A DNA stretch of 64,000 bases from IMG/VR virus record IMGVR_UViG_3300045988_179268, positions 192,001-256,000 of that record. One strand, 5' to 3'. A program made the position numbers and the translations under genes. How positions within the stretch are numbered: the stretch's first letter is position 1; each line of letters starts with the position of its first letter. The notes under the pieces are model-generated. The model had not been told where the DNA came from. It ran no database searches and worked only from the letters and a program-made list of their open reading frames with translations. This document shows, piece by piece, positions 1 through 8,999 of this stretch. The DNA is from a virus.

Positions 1-2
1 AC

Positions 3-500
3 GCATCGGCTCACAACGAGTATGCCAAGCGCCACCTGACGCATTGCGCCGTGGAAGCCATTAAGCGCGGCGAATACACGCTTTCACCACATCCCAGTGA
101 AGAGATTCACCTTACAAGCGCAGAGCCTCTAAGCATTACCTGGCCCCCTGAGACGCTAGAACCGACACTCACACTAGAAACAACATGGGAAGGGTATTGG
201 TGGGTAAGCGACACGATGAGAGCAATCGGCGCAGTTGTCACCACCCTCAATGTTACGATGCATTCACTTTCCGACTGTAGCCCCATAGAGGATGTAAGTC
301 AGCGTACTTACATTGTGGGAAGGTATGACTCTATCGCCATGTCAGGAGAGATTCGAAGTAACTTTATGGACAGAGTGTACCGGGGCGCGTCGAAGGCTCC
401 ATCAGGGGAAAGTTTTCAGCGTTCCCAATGTTCAAAAAATGAGCCACGCATAGGCGAGAGCATCCTCACGTTTAAACCTATGGAAATTGAAATTTCATAA
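3..500 (+). CDS. hypothetical protein, 5' end outside window
   Basis: frame open from nt 3 to TAA 498-500; track ORF 51..500 is the in-window part. Confidence 0.5.
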   Translation, partial: ASAHNEYAKRHLTHCAVEAIKRGEYTLSPHPSEEIHLTSAEPLSITWPPETLEPTLTLETTWEGYWWVSDTMRAIGAVVTTLNVTMHSLSDCSPIEDVSQRTYIVGRYDSIAMSGEIRSNFMDRVYRGASKAPSGESFQRSQCSKNEPRIGESILTFKPMEIEIS

Positions 501-575
501 TCATACCTGTGCTAACATGGTAATACCCCCATGTGCATGGGGCGCATTGCTCTAACCTGAAAGGAGAATTTAGTT

Positions 576-843
576 ATGCCTATTCTCAGCATCTTCATCT
601 CTGGAATATGCTGAGCCACACTCATTTTTATTAGTGTACAGTTCTTCCGCCTCGGCGGTTCGCTTAATCCCATGAGGAATGATGCGACGCAGAATTATGT
701 GCTAATAGCCATGATTAACCTATGCGTTTCGTATCCTGACGCTATTCCTAAACCCAATTGTTATGCTCATCATTTACGCCGTATCAATTATGGTTTCGGT
801 GGGTGTGATTATCGCTTCCCTGGTTGCCACTAACCGCCTATAA
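576..843 (+). pseudogene. disrupted member of small LNPxxN membrane-protein family
   Basis: ATG 576 after GAAAGGAG. In-frame TGA at 612-614, then FFRLGGSLNPMRND aligns with FLFKLGASLNPRKNN of 951..1280. The hydrophobic C-terminal half (PIVMLIIYAVSIMVSVGVIIASLVA) is readable only after a +1 shift near 709-720. Confidence 0.5.
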
Positions 844-950
844 GCACCCCTACGCACTGTAATTGTCATTGATATTAAACAGCATCACTAGCCAACTTTT
901 GAAGCGTTCAATATGGCGCTTCAACTATTTCATTGAAGGACTTTTTAATC

Positions 951-1280
951 ATGTCCACTAACGCGATATTCGCTTCTGGTTTTGCCTTTATTATTGTTAT
1001 CCTCGCGACTGTTTTTCTGTTTAAGTTGGGTGCTTCGCTAAACCCCCGAAAGAACAACGCACTGATTAACATTTTTGAGTTTGGTACAGTAAACCTTTTT
1101 ATTTGTGCTTTGCTCCCTATCGTGTCTCTCTGCTTTGGCAATGCTGTTGCGGCGGCTGTTCAGGTTGCAACTCTTATTGGCTCCGCTGTACTTCTTGCGT
1201 CTCTGCTGGTGTGGTGGAAACGTACCGAGCCTGAGATGGGCTTGCTTGCGGCAATGGATAAGCACCTATACGGCAACTAA
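951..1280 (+). CDS. small membrane protein (LNPRKNN family)
   Basis: ATG 951 after GAAGGA (track start TTG 933); hydrophobic segments; GASLNPRKNN shared with 1315..1752 and 576..843. Confidence 0.6.
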   Translation: MSTNAIFASGFAFIIVILATVFLFKLGASLNPRKNNALINIFEFGTVNLFICALLPIVSLCFGNAVAAAVQVATLIGSAVLLASLLVWWKRTEPEMGLLAAMDKHLYGN

Positions 1281-1314
1281 ACACTATTTTCGTTCTACCT
1301 GGAGGTTTTTAATA

Positions 1315-1752
1315 ATGACTGACACTTTACCACCCGTCTTGACCCCGTTTGAAGCTGGCTTTTCTGTAGCCCTGCTGGTTATTTCCTTGGGTTGCTTTAT
1401 CGCGTTAAAAGGCTCATTGAACCCGCGTAAAAATAACTTCAGACTCAACGTTCTTCTACTGGCTGTTGTAACTAACGGTTTTACCCTAGCGAAGCCTTGG
1501 ATAGCTGACACTTTTGGCATGGACACGTATGGGGTTGTTTCGGGCGCGGTGACTGTTGTTGCCATTATTGGTCTTATGCTGATTATCTTTCATCTTGCAG
1601 GGTTTGCGGTTGGCTCTAATGATGGCGACTGTATTGCGGAGTGTGATAGCCATCATGTATGCATGGCGAGCGGCAGGTGTGCCCATGCCACGAAGGATTC
1701 TGGGACCAACAAGGGTGCTGTTATCCAGCCTGATAAGGATGCGGGGGTATAG
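1315..1752 (+). CDS. small membrane protein (LNPRKNN family), Cys/His-rich tail
   Basis: ATG 1315 after GGAGG; track ORF 1105.. overlaps the previous gene; KGSLNPRKNN motif. Confidence 0.65.
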   Translation: MTDTLPPVLTPFEAGFSVALLVISLGCFIALKGSLNPRKNNFRLNVLLLAVVTNGFTLAKPWIADTFGMDTYGVVSGAVTVVAIIGLMLIIFHLAGFAVGSNDGDCIAECDSHHVCMASGRCAHATKDSGTNKGAVIQPDKDAGV

Positions 1753-1754
1753 GC

Positions 1755-2120
1755 GTGGAGGCTCAGAATGTCTCTCAAGCTATTAGTATTATCCTCCCGA
1801 CAGCTCTTCTAGCGCTTTATGTTTTTGCTATTGGGTTGCCCCGTAAGAAGGCTGGGTTTTATCGTAAGCAAGCTGGTGTTTCTGGACGTGCGCGGCGCGG
1901 TAGGATTCTGAATTTTTGGGGTTTCTTTGCGTTAGGTGCAATTGTGTTGGCTAGTAATATCGTGTTTATGACCGGCTTACTTGCATCTGACGTGATTGCC
2001 GTGTATTCTGTAGCCATTGGCAGTTTCTTACTACTGGTCATGCTCGGTCACGCTATCTATGTGTGGCTGGCTGATGGTAAAGAGACTACGAGTGTAGACG
2101 ACTGTTGCCAACTTTATTGA
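1755..2120 (+). CDS. membrane protein
   Basis: GTG start abutting the previous stop; hydrophobic segments; one of only three TGA stops seen. Confidence 0.5.
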   Translation: MEAQNVSQAISIILPTALLALYVFAIGLPRKKAGFYRKQAGVSGRARRGRILNFWGFFALGAIVLASNIVFMTGLLASDVIAVYSVAIGSFLLLVMLGHAIYVWLADGKETTSVDDCCQLY

Positions 2121-2193
2121 TATTGCGTTCATGGGCTAATATTGATAGCATTAGATACATTAGCCGTAGTCCAAGGATACCAGATGGGAGGGT

Positions 2194-3750
2194 GTGTTGG
2201 CGAAAAATCAGACGTACAGAGCTTTTACCGTGCGCCCGATGCATATTCTAGACCTGAACGGCGAACTAATGGACAGTGCATCTGTCATGTCCCAGCTTGC
2301 CGCTGAGGTTCGAGACATTTCAGCGTATGCCACTTACGTGGTTCGTAATGACACGAAGCTTGCGGCTGACCTGGCTCAGGTTACTGCTGTTCAGCCAGCG
2401 GTTGCGGGTCGTCGGGCGGGTGTGACCATGCCTAACTTCCTTGCGACAGGCAAGTCGGGTAGGTCGCGTAAAGAGTTTCTGGTTCAGCATAACGTAGTTA
2501 CAGCTTTCCGGTCATGGCAGGAACGCATTAAAGCCATCGAGGGCACCTCTTCCAAGTACGTTTCCCAGGGGTGGAGGCGTACTGTGGATACATCTGCACC
2601 CACGTATGGGGATGCTGATTTCATCAACTTGGGCGCTGTAGATAAGCAGTATGCGGTCATCGAGAATAACCCTGTCGCGGATGGCAAAATTGTCCTCAGG
2701 ATGGTAATTTGCGGTCAGTGGTATCGTCTGATTTTCCCCTTTGATAACTCACGGTTCCCTGAGGGTAAAGTAACTCTACCTGTCATTAAAGTTGAAAATA
2801 ATCAACCTGTTTTCATCTTCACGGTCGTTACTGATAACCCTATCATTCAGTTTTCGGGTGACTACACTATCGGTGTAGACGTTGGCATCAATGACTATGC
2901 TACTGTCGTTGTTCGCAACAGTGCTACAGGGCAGATAACCCGGAAAACCACGCTCTCTCAGCGTGTTCATTCGCTCTGGAACAGTGTTCGTGCGTCTGAA
3001 CGGCAGGTTCGCGCGCTTAATAATAAAGCAGATAAGCTTATCTATGACCGTCAGGCTCACATGTCTGCGTTTGATGAGGCTCAGTTTCATCGCGAGGCGG
3101 CTTCTCGTAAGAAACGTGAGTTGGCGATTCTTGTGGCGCAGGAAATTGCCTACCTATCTCACCGTTGGAATAACGCTGTTGTGGTGGTTGAAGACTTGGG
3201 GTGGATTCGCAATACCATGAGTAACGGCAGGTGGAATCGCGGTGCTTTCGTACAGTGGCTCACTCACTATGTCACCCAGAATGGTGGCTGGGTTGTCGCC
3301 GTGAATGCGTCTAATACATCCCAGGTATGCCATGTGTGCGGTGAAAAGGTCACCCATCCTGAGTACAAGGTTTCCATCTGCCCCGAGCACGGTGACATGG
3401 ATAGGGACGTTAATGCCGCCGCAAATATTGCCTCTAGAGCTGTCCCGAAGGTGGATAAAGCTCGTAAGACTCGCGCTAAGAACCGCAAGCTACAGCCACA
3501 GGCGGCTCTTAAGACTCCGCCTGCCCGCGAAACTCTAAAGTATCCCGGCAGGGATAGGACTAAAAATGTTCCTACTCCGAAGAGGAAGAACCGCATTTCT
3601 GAGGAGGTGAATCTCCCCTTTAGCCCCGCTAGGGTGAATATGACTACGGTACTAGCGGACTGCGACACATACGGTGCCGTGGAGACCTCTAAGGCGGCTA
3701 TCAATCAGGGTAATGTAACTCGCGAATATGGGTTATGTAGCCTAAATTGA
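2194..3750 (+). CDS. tnpB: TnpB/Cas12-like RNA-guided endonuclease family protein (518 aa)
   Basis: RuvC-I GVDVGIND, RuvC-II VVVEDL, zinc ribbon CHVCG..CPEHG, RuvC-III DRDVNAAANI; GGGAGGG RBS; basic C-terminal tail; no tnpA nearby. Confidence 0.8.
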   Translation: MLAKNQTYRAFTVRPMHILDLNGELMDSASVMSQLAAEVRDISAYATYVVRNDTKLAADLAQVTAVQPAVAGRRAGVTMPNFLATGKSGRSRKEFLVQHNVVTAFRSWQERIKAIEGTSSKYVSQGWRRTVDTSAPTYGDADFINLGAVDKQYAVIENNPVADGKIVLRMVICGQWYRLIFPFDNSRFPEGKVTLPVIKVENNQPVFIFTVVTDNPIIQFSGDYTIGVDVGINDYATVVVRNSATGQITRKTTLSQRVHSLWNSVRASERQVRALNNKADKLIYDRQAHMSAFDEAQFHREAASRKKRELAILVAQEIAYLSHRWNNAVVVVEDLGWIRNTMSNGRWNRGAFVQWLTHYVTQNGGWVVAVNASNTSQVCHVCGEKVTHPEYKVSICPEHGDMDRDVNAAANIASRAVPKVDKARKTRAKNRKLQPQAALKTPPARETLKYPGRDRTKNVPTPKRKNRISEEVNLPFSPARVNMTTVLADCDTYGAVETSKAAINQGNVTREYGLCSLN

Positions 3751-3809
3751 TACTGTAATTGTTGCTGAGCTTGACCGATTGAGGGCCGAGCAGGCGACCT
3801 GGAAACAGG

Positions 3810-4256
3810 ATGCAAAAGATTTGGAAGGAAACTCTGATGTTTAACTTTATTACCCATGATATTTACGGCTACGGATTCGCGTTTATTGGTTTTTCTGCAA
3901 TGTTCGTTGGCTTTGTCCTTAAGTATATTGTTGGAATGTTGGATAAGCGCAAGGGAACCGATATTGCCAACATGAAGGAAGCAACCTTTTTGTCGCCTAG
4001 TTGGTTCACGTACTGGAGTCTGGCTATCGCCTTTGGTGTGACTGCTGTAGGTGCTTTCCTTGGCGGTAATGGTCTACTTGATGATACCGCCAAGCAGACG
4101 CTTGTCATTATCACGTTCTTCGTTATGGTGACTGGAATCATCTCTGTGCTGGTAGACATCTTTAAGTCATGGGGTAAGAAGGATGACGATGGCGATAAGG
4201 GTGCGGATGCTAAGCGTGAGATTGAGGCATCTGTGGATAAGGTCGCTGGTAAGTAA
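3810..4256 (+). CDS. membrane protein
   Basis: several hydrophobic segments and a charged tail; start could be ATG 3837; strong terminator follows. Confidence 0.6.
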   Translation: MQKIWKETLMFNFITHDIYGYGFAFIGFSAMFVGFVLKYIVGMLDKRKGTDIANMKEATFLSPSWFTYWSLAIAFGVTAVGAFLGGNGLLDDTAKQTLVIITFFVMVTGIISVLVDIFKSWGKKDDDGDKGADAKREIEASVDKVAGK

Positions 4257-4272
4257 AAGGTACCTCTCGCAG

Positions 4273-4314
4273 GGGGTTTGGTCTATGTGGTGTATAGACC
4301 AAACCCCTTTTTTT
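4273..4314 (+). terminator. intrinsic terminator
   Basis: GGGGTTTGGTCTAT/ATAGACCAAACCCC stem followed by T7. Confidence 0.8.
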
Positions 4315-4353
4315 GTACCCCTGGACTTGTGTCACACCTCACCACCATTAGAC

Positions 4354-4383
4354 TTGCATGATATTTTAAATCTGTGATACGAT
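4354..4383 (+). promoter_or_regulatory. promoter
   Basis: TTGCAT, 18-nt spacer, TGTGATACGAT. Confidence 0.6.
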
Positions 4384-4457
4384 AGGTTTATCAGCAAGAG
4401 GTGAGACGAAATGCTCACCCATACAACAAAACATCCCTCGATTGAAAGGTGACCAAC

Positions 4458-4829
4458 ATGGCACATCTCGACCCGACCCTCTACGCAGTAGCAACCGGCG
4501 AACACCTCGACGGTGTAACCCCTTACGCAACCGCCGGTCAGCGCCTAGATGTGGACTCCTTCGACCTTCACGAAGAACTCGACCCCCTGGAAGAGCTAGA
4601 AGTTCGCGTTGCAGACGAAGAAGAAGGCGGCGTTTACACCCTCCAGCTCTTCGCATATGGCGAACCCCTGGTGGGCTATACCCCCGAAGGCGCGCAGTAT
4701 CACGTCTACGCAACCGTGTACACCCTCCAGTCGGATGTGCGCCTTGTACACGCTTTCCAGTCCCACGTAGGCACGGACGCACTTCTCGCAACGACCTACG
4801 TAGACTCTGAACTGTACTTCCAGTCCTAA
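4458..4829 (+). CDS. acidic hypothetical protein
   Basis: ATG 4458 after GAAAGG (track GTG 4449); promoter at 4354-4383. Confidence 0.6.
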   Translation: MAHLDPTLYAVATGEHLDGVTPYATAGQRLDVDSFDLHEELDPLEELEVRVADEEEGGVYTLQLFAYGEPLVGYTPEGAQYHVYATVYTLQSDVRLVHAFQSHVGTDALLATTYVDSELYFQS

Positions 4830-4867
4830 ACCCAATCGTTTAACCACTTTAAGGAGAGCATCTAACT

Positions 4868-5398
4868 ATGCAGACCCGTATTACTGTTACCCCGGAAACC
4901 CTGGTCAAGGCTCACGAACAGGCACGCAAGATTATGGAACTGACCGGCGGGAAGGCTAATGCAACTTTCACCACCCGCTTGGGCGCACGCATTAAGCCTG
5001 ATGCCCTTAACGAAGTCCTGGGTGCCCTCGTGGAAACCCTGGCAGACGGCAACGCCACCTCCATCTCCATCTACCGAACCGAAGTTTCCCCCATCGAAGC
5101 GGCACAGATGCTTGGTACCGACCGCCCGACCATTATGGCACTCATTCGCGGCGGTGACCTCAACGCTGTATCGAGTGGAAAGTACTACTCCATCAAGGTT
5201 ACCGACCTTGAGAAGGTTGCAGGTAAGGTCGAGTCCATGCGACAGCAGAAGGCTTCGCCTGTAGTGGTCAAGGTTGAGGAACCTCAGGCGGCTAATGAGT
5301 CGATTCAGAAGATTAAGAACGCTGTTTCTGTAATCCGAACCAGTGAAACTTTTGAAAAGGTTCAGCGCGCCACCCTCAAGCACTTCTTCCACGTGTAA
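4868..5398 (+). CDS. putative HTH DNA-binding protein
   Basis: AAGGAG RBS; IEAAQMLGTDRPTIMALIRGGDL resembles an excisionase/MerR-type helix-turn-helix. Confidence 0.6.
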   Translation: MQTRITVTPETLVKAHEQARKIMELTGGKANATFTTRLGARIKPDALNEVLGALVETLADGNATSISIYRTEVSPIEAAQMLGTDRPTIMALIRGGDLNAVSSGKYYSIKVTDLEKVAGKVESMRQQKASPVVVKVEEPQAANESIQKIKNAVSVIRTSETFEKVQRATLKHFFHV

Positions 5399-5415
5399 AG
5401 TTGCAGTGCATTAAA

Positions 5416-5465
5416 CCCCCTAGATATTCATCTTCTCGTGAGTATCTAGGGGGTTTGTTTGTTTT
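5416..5465 (+). terminator. intrinsic terminator
   Basis: CCCCCTAGATA/TATCTAGGGGG stem followed by a T-rich tail. Confidence 0.7.
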
Positions 5466-5567
5466 CTATTATGCGACACGGCGTGAGTAGCCGCCCTTGG
5501 AGTCGCTATCTAATCGCGCCTGAGTAAAAAAGAAGCCTGGTAGGAGGGAAAGGGCTTCCTGAGGCGG

Positions 5568-7001
5568 TTAGTAGGCGTACATCATAGCCAACGAGCCTCG
5601 ATGCGACATATAGAACCTCAAGGTGACCAATGTATTATCACTCACACCAGTCACGGCGTTCATCCTCTGAGGGTGGTACGACCCCCACGCCCATGCGGAA
5701 TCATAATTCATGCCCGCAACACGAATGTTTGGGTTATCGAGAGTTGGCTCGCTCATTCCATGAGGCGCGTCAATAGTTAGCTTCTCACGAGTGCCACTAA
5801 CGCCATTATAGACAACGCAATTCTTACCAACTGTGATGCGGTTCTTAACGGTTGTAATGATGCCGCCAGCCACCTGCGCCCCATCGCCAAGCTCAAGGGT
5901 AGCTCCGCCCCTCAGCGCAATCCGACCATCCACAAAAGAATTAGCAGGGATAACGAGCCGCTTATGGGCAGGCACCTCAATATCTCCAACCACAAAAGAA
6001 TCCCTCCATAGCTGGACAGTCTTATTGCGGTGAAGCAGGTAGCCAACATTCCTACCATAGTAAGGCTGGACATAGTAGTGCCCCTTATCGGCAGGGTCAT
6101 TTGAGAGGTAAGAACCTCCATTGGGCATACAACGGCTCTTCTGATACCCATCATTAACAGGTACGTAGTCAAATTTATTATCCCATGCCTTTGTCCAGGC
6201 TTCGTTGGATTTACGCCAATCTCGACGCTGACCACCCTGCAAATAGTAACGCTCACCAAACATGCTAGGCGTATCGCCAGACTCTCCAGCAGTGAAGCGC
6301 GCCCCTAGCGGAGAATAGGGGACGACACGACCCAAAAGGCTGTGAGCATCCAGGTAAGTTAAACCGTGAGGAGGTAGCCCGGTGCCTTTATCGTAAACCT
6401 GACCGTAAACCTTAGCACCCTCAGAAACCTTCACGCTTCCATCAAGCGAAATAATGCTACCAAAGATATGCGCATCCTCTGCGATAGTGATGTCACCCTT
6501 GGCTAGAATCGCCACCGAACACCACAATGGTAACGGTAACTTGTCATAGTCTACGCGGTTCGGGTTGCCCACAAATGCGTTGGAACCCACTAGTACGCCG
6601 CCACCGGCGCTAACACCACCCATAACCAGAGCGCCAGACTTAACGGCTGTAGTCGCGCTTGATAGCATTGAGCCAGTAACTACGCTGTTTACGCCTGCTT
6701 CTAGTCGCCCGTTTGCGGAGTGCATATCGCCTATGACAAAAAGGTTCTCTGGCAGAGCGAAGCTTCGCGGCGTATTGATTGAAGAAAATCCGTAAAGGTC
6801 ATTATTGAGGTAGAGTCGAGCGGCATTATCACAGGTACTTTCCAGGGCGGCATACTCTTTGCGGCTCAACATAGGGGTGACATTCTCACCCTCCCATCGA
6901 ATATTGGAGGGCACAACGTTTTTAGGGGCGTGACTTGTTGCGAATCGCCACCCGCCCAGAGTAGTCTCAGTAGTGACGTTGCCTTTCAGTGGCATAAACA
7001 A
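5568..7001 (-). CDS. beta-helix-like repeat protein, function unknown
   Basis: 477-aa ORF with its own minus-strand promoter copy at 7041-7056; repeated G/V/I-rich segments resembling bactofilin/LbH turns. Confidence 0.6.
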   Translation of the reverse strand: MFMPLKGNVTTETTLGGWRFATSHAPKNVVPSNIRWEGENVTPMLSRKEYAALESTCDNAARLYLNNDLYGFSSINTPRSFALPENLFVIGDMHSANGRLEAGVNSVVTGSMLSSATTAVKSGALVMGGVSAGGGVLVGSNAFVGNPNRVDYDKLPLPLWCSVAILAKGDITIAEDAHIFGSIISLDGSVKVSEGAKVYGQVYDKGTGLPPHGLTYLDAHSLLGRVVPYSPLGARFTAGESGDTPSMFGERYYLQGGQRRDWRKSNEAWTKAWDNKFDYVPVNDGYQKSRCMPNGGSYLSNDPADKGHYYVQPYYGRNVGYLLHRNKTVQLWRDSFVVGDIEVPAHKRLVIPANSFVDGRIALRGGATLELGDGAQVAGGIITTVKNRITVGKNCVVYNGVSGTREKLTIDAPHGMSEPTLDNPNIRVAGMNYDSAWAWGSYHPQRMNAVTGVSDNTLVTLRFYMSHRGSLAMMYAY

Positions 7002-7040
7002 ACCTTTCCGTAGTGAGTAACTAGCATTAAGTGATTATCT

Positions 7041-7056
7041 ATTAGTATACCACAAA
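7041..7056 (-). promoter_or_regulatory. promoter motif (minus strand) for 5568..7001
   Basis: reverse complement reads TTTGTGGTATACTAAT. Confidence 0.6.
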
Positions 7057-7093
7057 TAAAAAATCACCCAAGAGTTGCACACTCTCAAATATC

Positions 7094-7104
7094 TGTGGTA
7101 GACT
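7094..7104 (+). promoter_or_regulatory. promoter motif
   Basis: TGTGGTAGACT. Confidence 0.6.
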
Positions 7105-7145
7105 ATTTATATAAGTTAAGTTTTCCCTACGGAAAGGCATCAGCC

Positions 7146-7475
7146 TTGTACATCACCGCAAACCACGCAATCAACACCACCGCGAACATCACCGCACAGC
7201 AGGTCTTCGACACCCTCACCGAAAACACCGCTAACCTTGGTATCACCAAGATTACCACCCTCGATGTAGACCCCAACACTGCATACCTCGTAGAAAGCAT
7301 TAACGGCGCATACATGGTCACCTATGCCCCCGGCGAAAACGCTACTATCTACATCAGCCCCGTAAGCGGCATGGAAGACCTCGACCCCAACACTCCTGAG
7401 GGCGAACTGGCAGACGGCTTCGAAGGCTCCACCACCCACAAGGGCATCATCAGCCTCCTCGAAAACCTCGCCTAA
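7146..7475 (+). CDS. hypothetical protein
   Basis: TTG 7146 lies 8 nt after GAAAGG; track start 7095 lies inside the -10 element, so it is unlikely. Confidence 0.5.
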   Translation: MYITANHAINTTANITAQQVFDTLTENTANLGITKITTLDVDPNTAYLVESINGAYMVTYAPGENATIYISPVSGMEDLDPNTPEGELADGFEGSTTHKGIISLLENLA

Positions 7476-7526
7476 CCTCAAAGCTTCCCCACAACCAACC
7501 ATCAACCAACAAAAGGAGACATCCTA

Positions 7527-7856
7527 ATGATGAAGATTAAGATTACCGACATGAACTTCCACATCGAAGGCGACACCCTCAACAATATCAACACCTCCAA
7601 CTATGCAGAAACGGGTGAAGGAATCACCATCCCTGACGCACGATTCGAAGTGAACCCCAGCTACGGCGAAAGCTACGAGGTCGAATATCTCGACGGAACC
7701 GTAACCGTCGGAGATTCAACCCACAACATCACTATCGACCCTGGACATGAAATGGGTATGCTTGTCTTCGACATCGCCAACGAAAACGACATGAAGCTCC
7801 TCTATCGAAACGGCAAGTTCTACATCCACATTGACGAACTCAACACCCGCATCTAA
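7527..7856 (+). CDS. hypothetical protein
   Basis: ATG after AAAGGAG; TAA stop. Confidence 0.6.
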   Translation: MMKIKITDMNFHIEGDTLNNINTSNYAETGEGITIPDARFEVNPSYGESYEVEYLDGTVTVGDSTHNITIDPGHEMGMLVFDIANENDMKLLYRNGKFYIHIDELNTRI

Positions 7857-7874
7857 CACAAGAAAGGCGCACTC

Positions 7875-8255
7875 ATGGATGACATGTTCTACAACAACAT
7901 CCCCGCATCAGCGGTACCACTCCACACCTATAATGACTTCACCGTCCCCCTGCAAGTAACACCCTTCAACGGTTGCTCCATCGAGGAAACTGTAGAGTTT
8001 TTCAAGCGAACCATCTTCGATGCAATCCTCACCATCGACACCACCAACAAGCGCTACCTCATTGAGTTTTACCAAGGCAACACCAAGCTAGGGGAAACCG
8101 CCTACAGCCTCCCCAACCCACCCCACTACCACCACCTCGCACTAACAGAAGAACTCTTCGGAGAAATCACCATCCCATACCCCACCCTAGAAGCAGGCTC
8201 AGAAACAGAAGGGGCTAACGCAGAACTTAAAATTCACGCCATCGACATTAGCTAA
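7875..8255 (+). CDS. hypothetical protein
   Basis: ATG after GAAAGG; TAA stop. Confidence 0.6.
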   Translation: MDDMFYNNIPASAVPLHTYNDFTVPLQVTPFNGCSIEETVEFFKRTIFDAILTIDTTNKRYLIEFYQGNTKLGETAYSLPNPPHYHHLALTEELFGEITIPYPTLEAGSETEGANAELKIHAIDIS

Positions 8256-8289
8256 ATCACAGGCTTACGGCAACAGCTGACGCGAATCT

Positions 8290-8300
8290 TGTGATACTAT
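8290..8300 (+). promoter_or_regulatory. promoter motif (drives E0 and gene 8430)
   Basis: TGTGATACTAT. Confidence 0.55.
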
Positions 8301-8307
8301 ATTCACA

Positions 8308-8390
8308 GCACCTCATCTGCAAAAACAGGAGGGGTGCCGTGAAACAAACTGTCGAGGAAACCCCCGACCCGCCCTGCACGTGGACGACTC
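8308..8390 (+). ncRNA. E-module E0 (internally deleted copy)
   Basis: starts about 8 nt after the -10 at 8290-8300; P1-like hairpin GCACCTC..GAGGGGTGC, GTGAAACA loop remnant, then CCCGCCCTGCACGTGGACGACTC, which resembles the terminal repeat-like hairpin. Confidence 0.4.
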
Positions 8391-8429
8391 TAACTCATCC
8401 CGGCATATTATTTAGGAGAAATCATAACC

Positions 8430-8987
8430 ATGCCCCTTTCTACTACTGCAACTTCCATTACTGGTAAGCTTTCTACCACTTTCACCGAACTTCTTGCATC
8501 CAAGGCTTCCTCCCCTGCCTCCCGAAAGGCGAAGATGGATACCGCGACCCGCAATTTTGTCGATACTCTCTTGGACGCTGGCGAGAAGGGTCGCACTCTT
8601 TCACGCCTCGCCTACGATGAAGGCATGTCTGATTCTAAGTGGCTGAGCGAGATGCTGGAGGCTAAGCGCCAGCGTATCGGTAAGCCGGACGAACCGCTCA
8701 CCGGGGTCGAGAACGCCCGCACTAAAGCCATTCTCGCAATCAACACTAAGAAGCGTCGCAAGGCTCTAGGTATCGTCTTCGCCGCCAATTCAATCATGGC
8801 GGCATCCCTGGAAGACGACTTCATCGCCCTGCTTGAGATTGAGGACGACTCCACCTGGATTGAATACGCCCTCACTCGCGGCACTCTTTCACTAATGACG
8901 AACCTTGCTAAGTTTGGCAACTATCTGGCTGACAAGAATATCGCCAAGCTAAAGCGTGAACAGGCAGAACGCGGCGGCAGTCTGTAG
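8430..8987 (+). CDS. hypothetical protein
   Basis: ATG after AGGAGA; its 5' UTR carries truncated E-module E0. Confidence 0.6.
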   Translation: MPLSTTATSITGKLSTTFTELLASKASSPASRKAKMDTATRNFVDTLLDAGEKGRTLSRLAYDEGMSDSKWLSEMLEAKRQRIGKPDEPLTGVENARTKAILAINTKKRRKALGIVFAANSIMAASLEDDFIALLEIEDDSTWIEYALTRGTLSLMTNLAKFGNYLADKNIAKLKREQAERGGSL

Positions 8988-8999
8988 GGAACAGTCAAT

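Noticed and set aside
1105-1752. 215-aa version of the second LNPRKNN paralog, and similar long N-terminal extensions in track ORFs (7095, 25993, 28463, 32045, 37482, 47532, 59106)
   Set aside because: The extensions overlap upstream genes, promoters or terminators. Internal starts with good RBS, lying downstream of the promoter motif, were preferred.
4806-4829. C-terminal SELYFQS resembling a TEV protease site (ENLYFQS)
   Set aside because: It is a 6-of-7 match in a natural-looking gene with no other vector-like sequence, so it is treated as coincidence.
4862-5392. Antisense ORF of exactly the same length (176 aa) as 4868..5398
   Set aside because: The plus-strand ORF has an AAGGAG RBS, an HTH-like segment, and sits in a plus-strand promoter and terminator unit. 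The antisense ORF has none of these.
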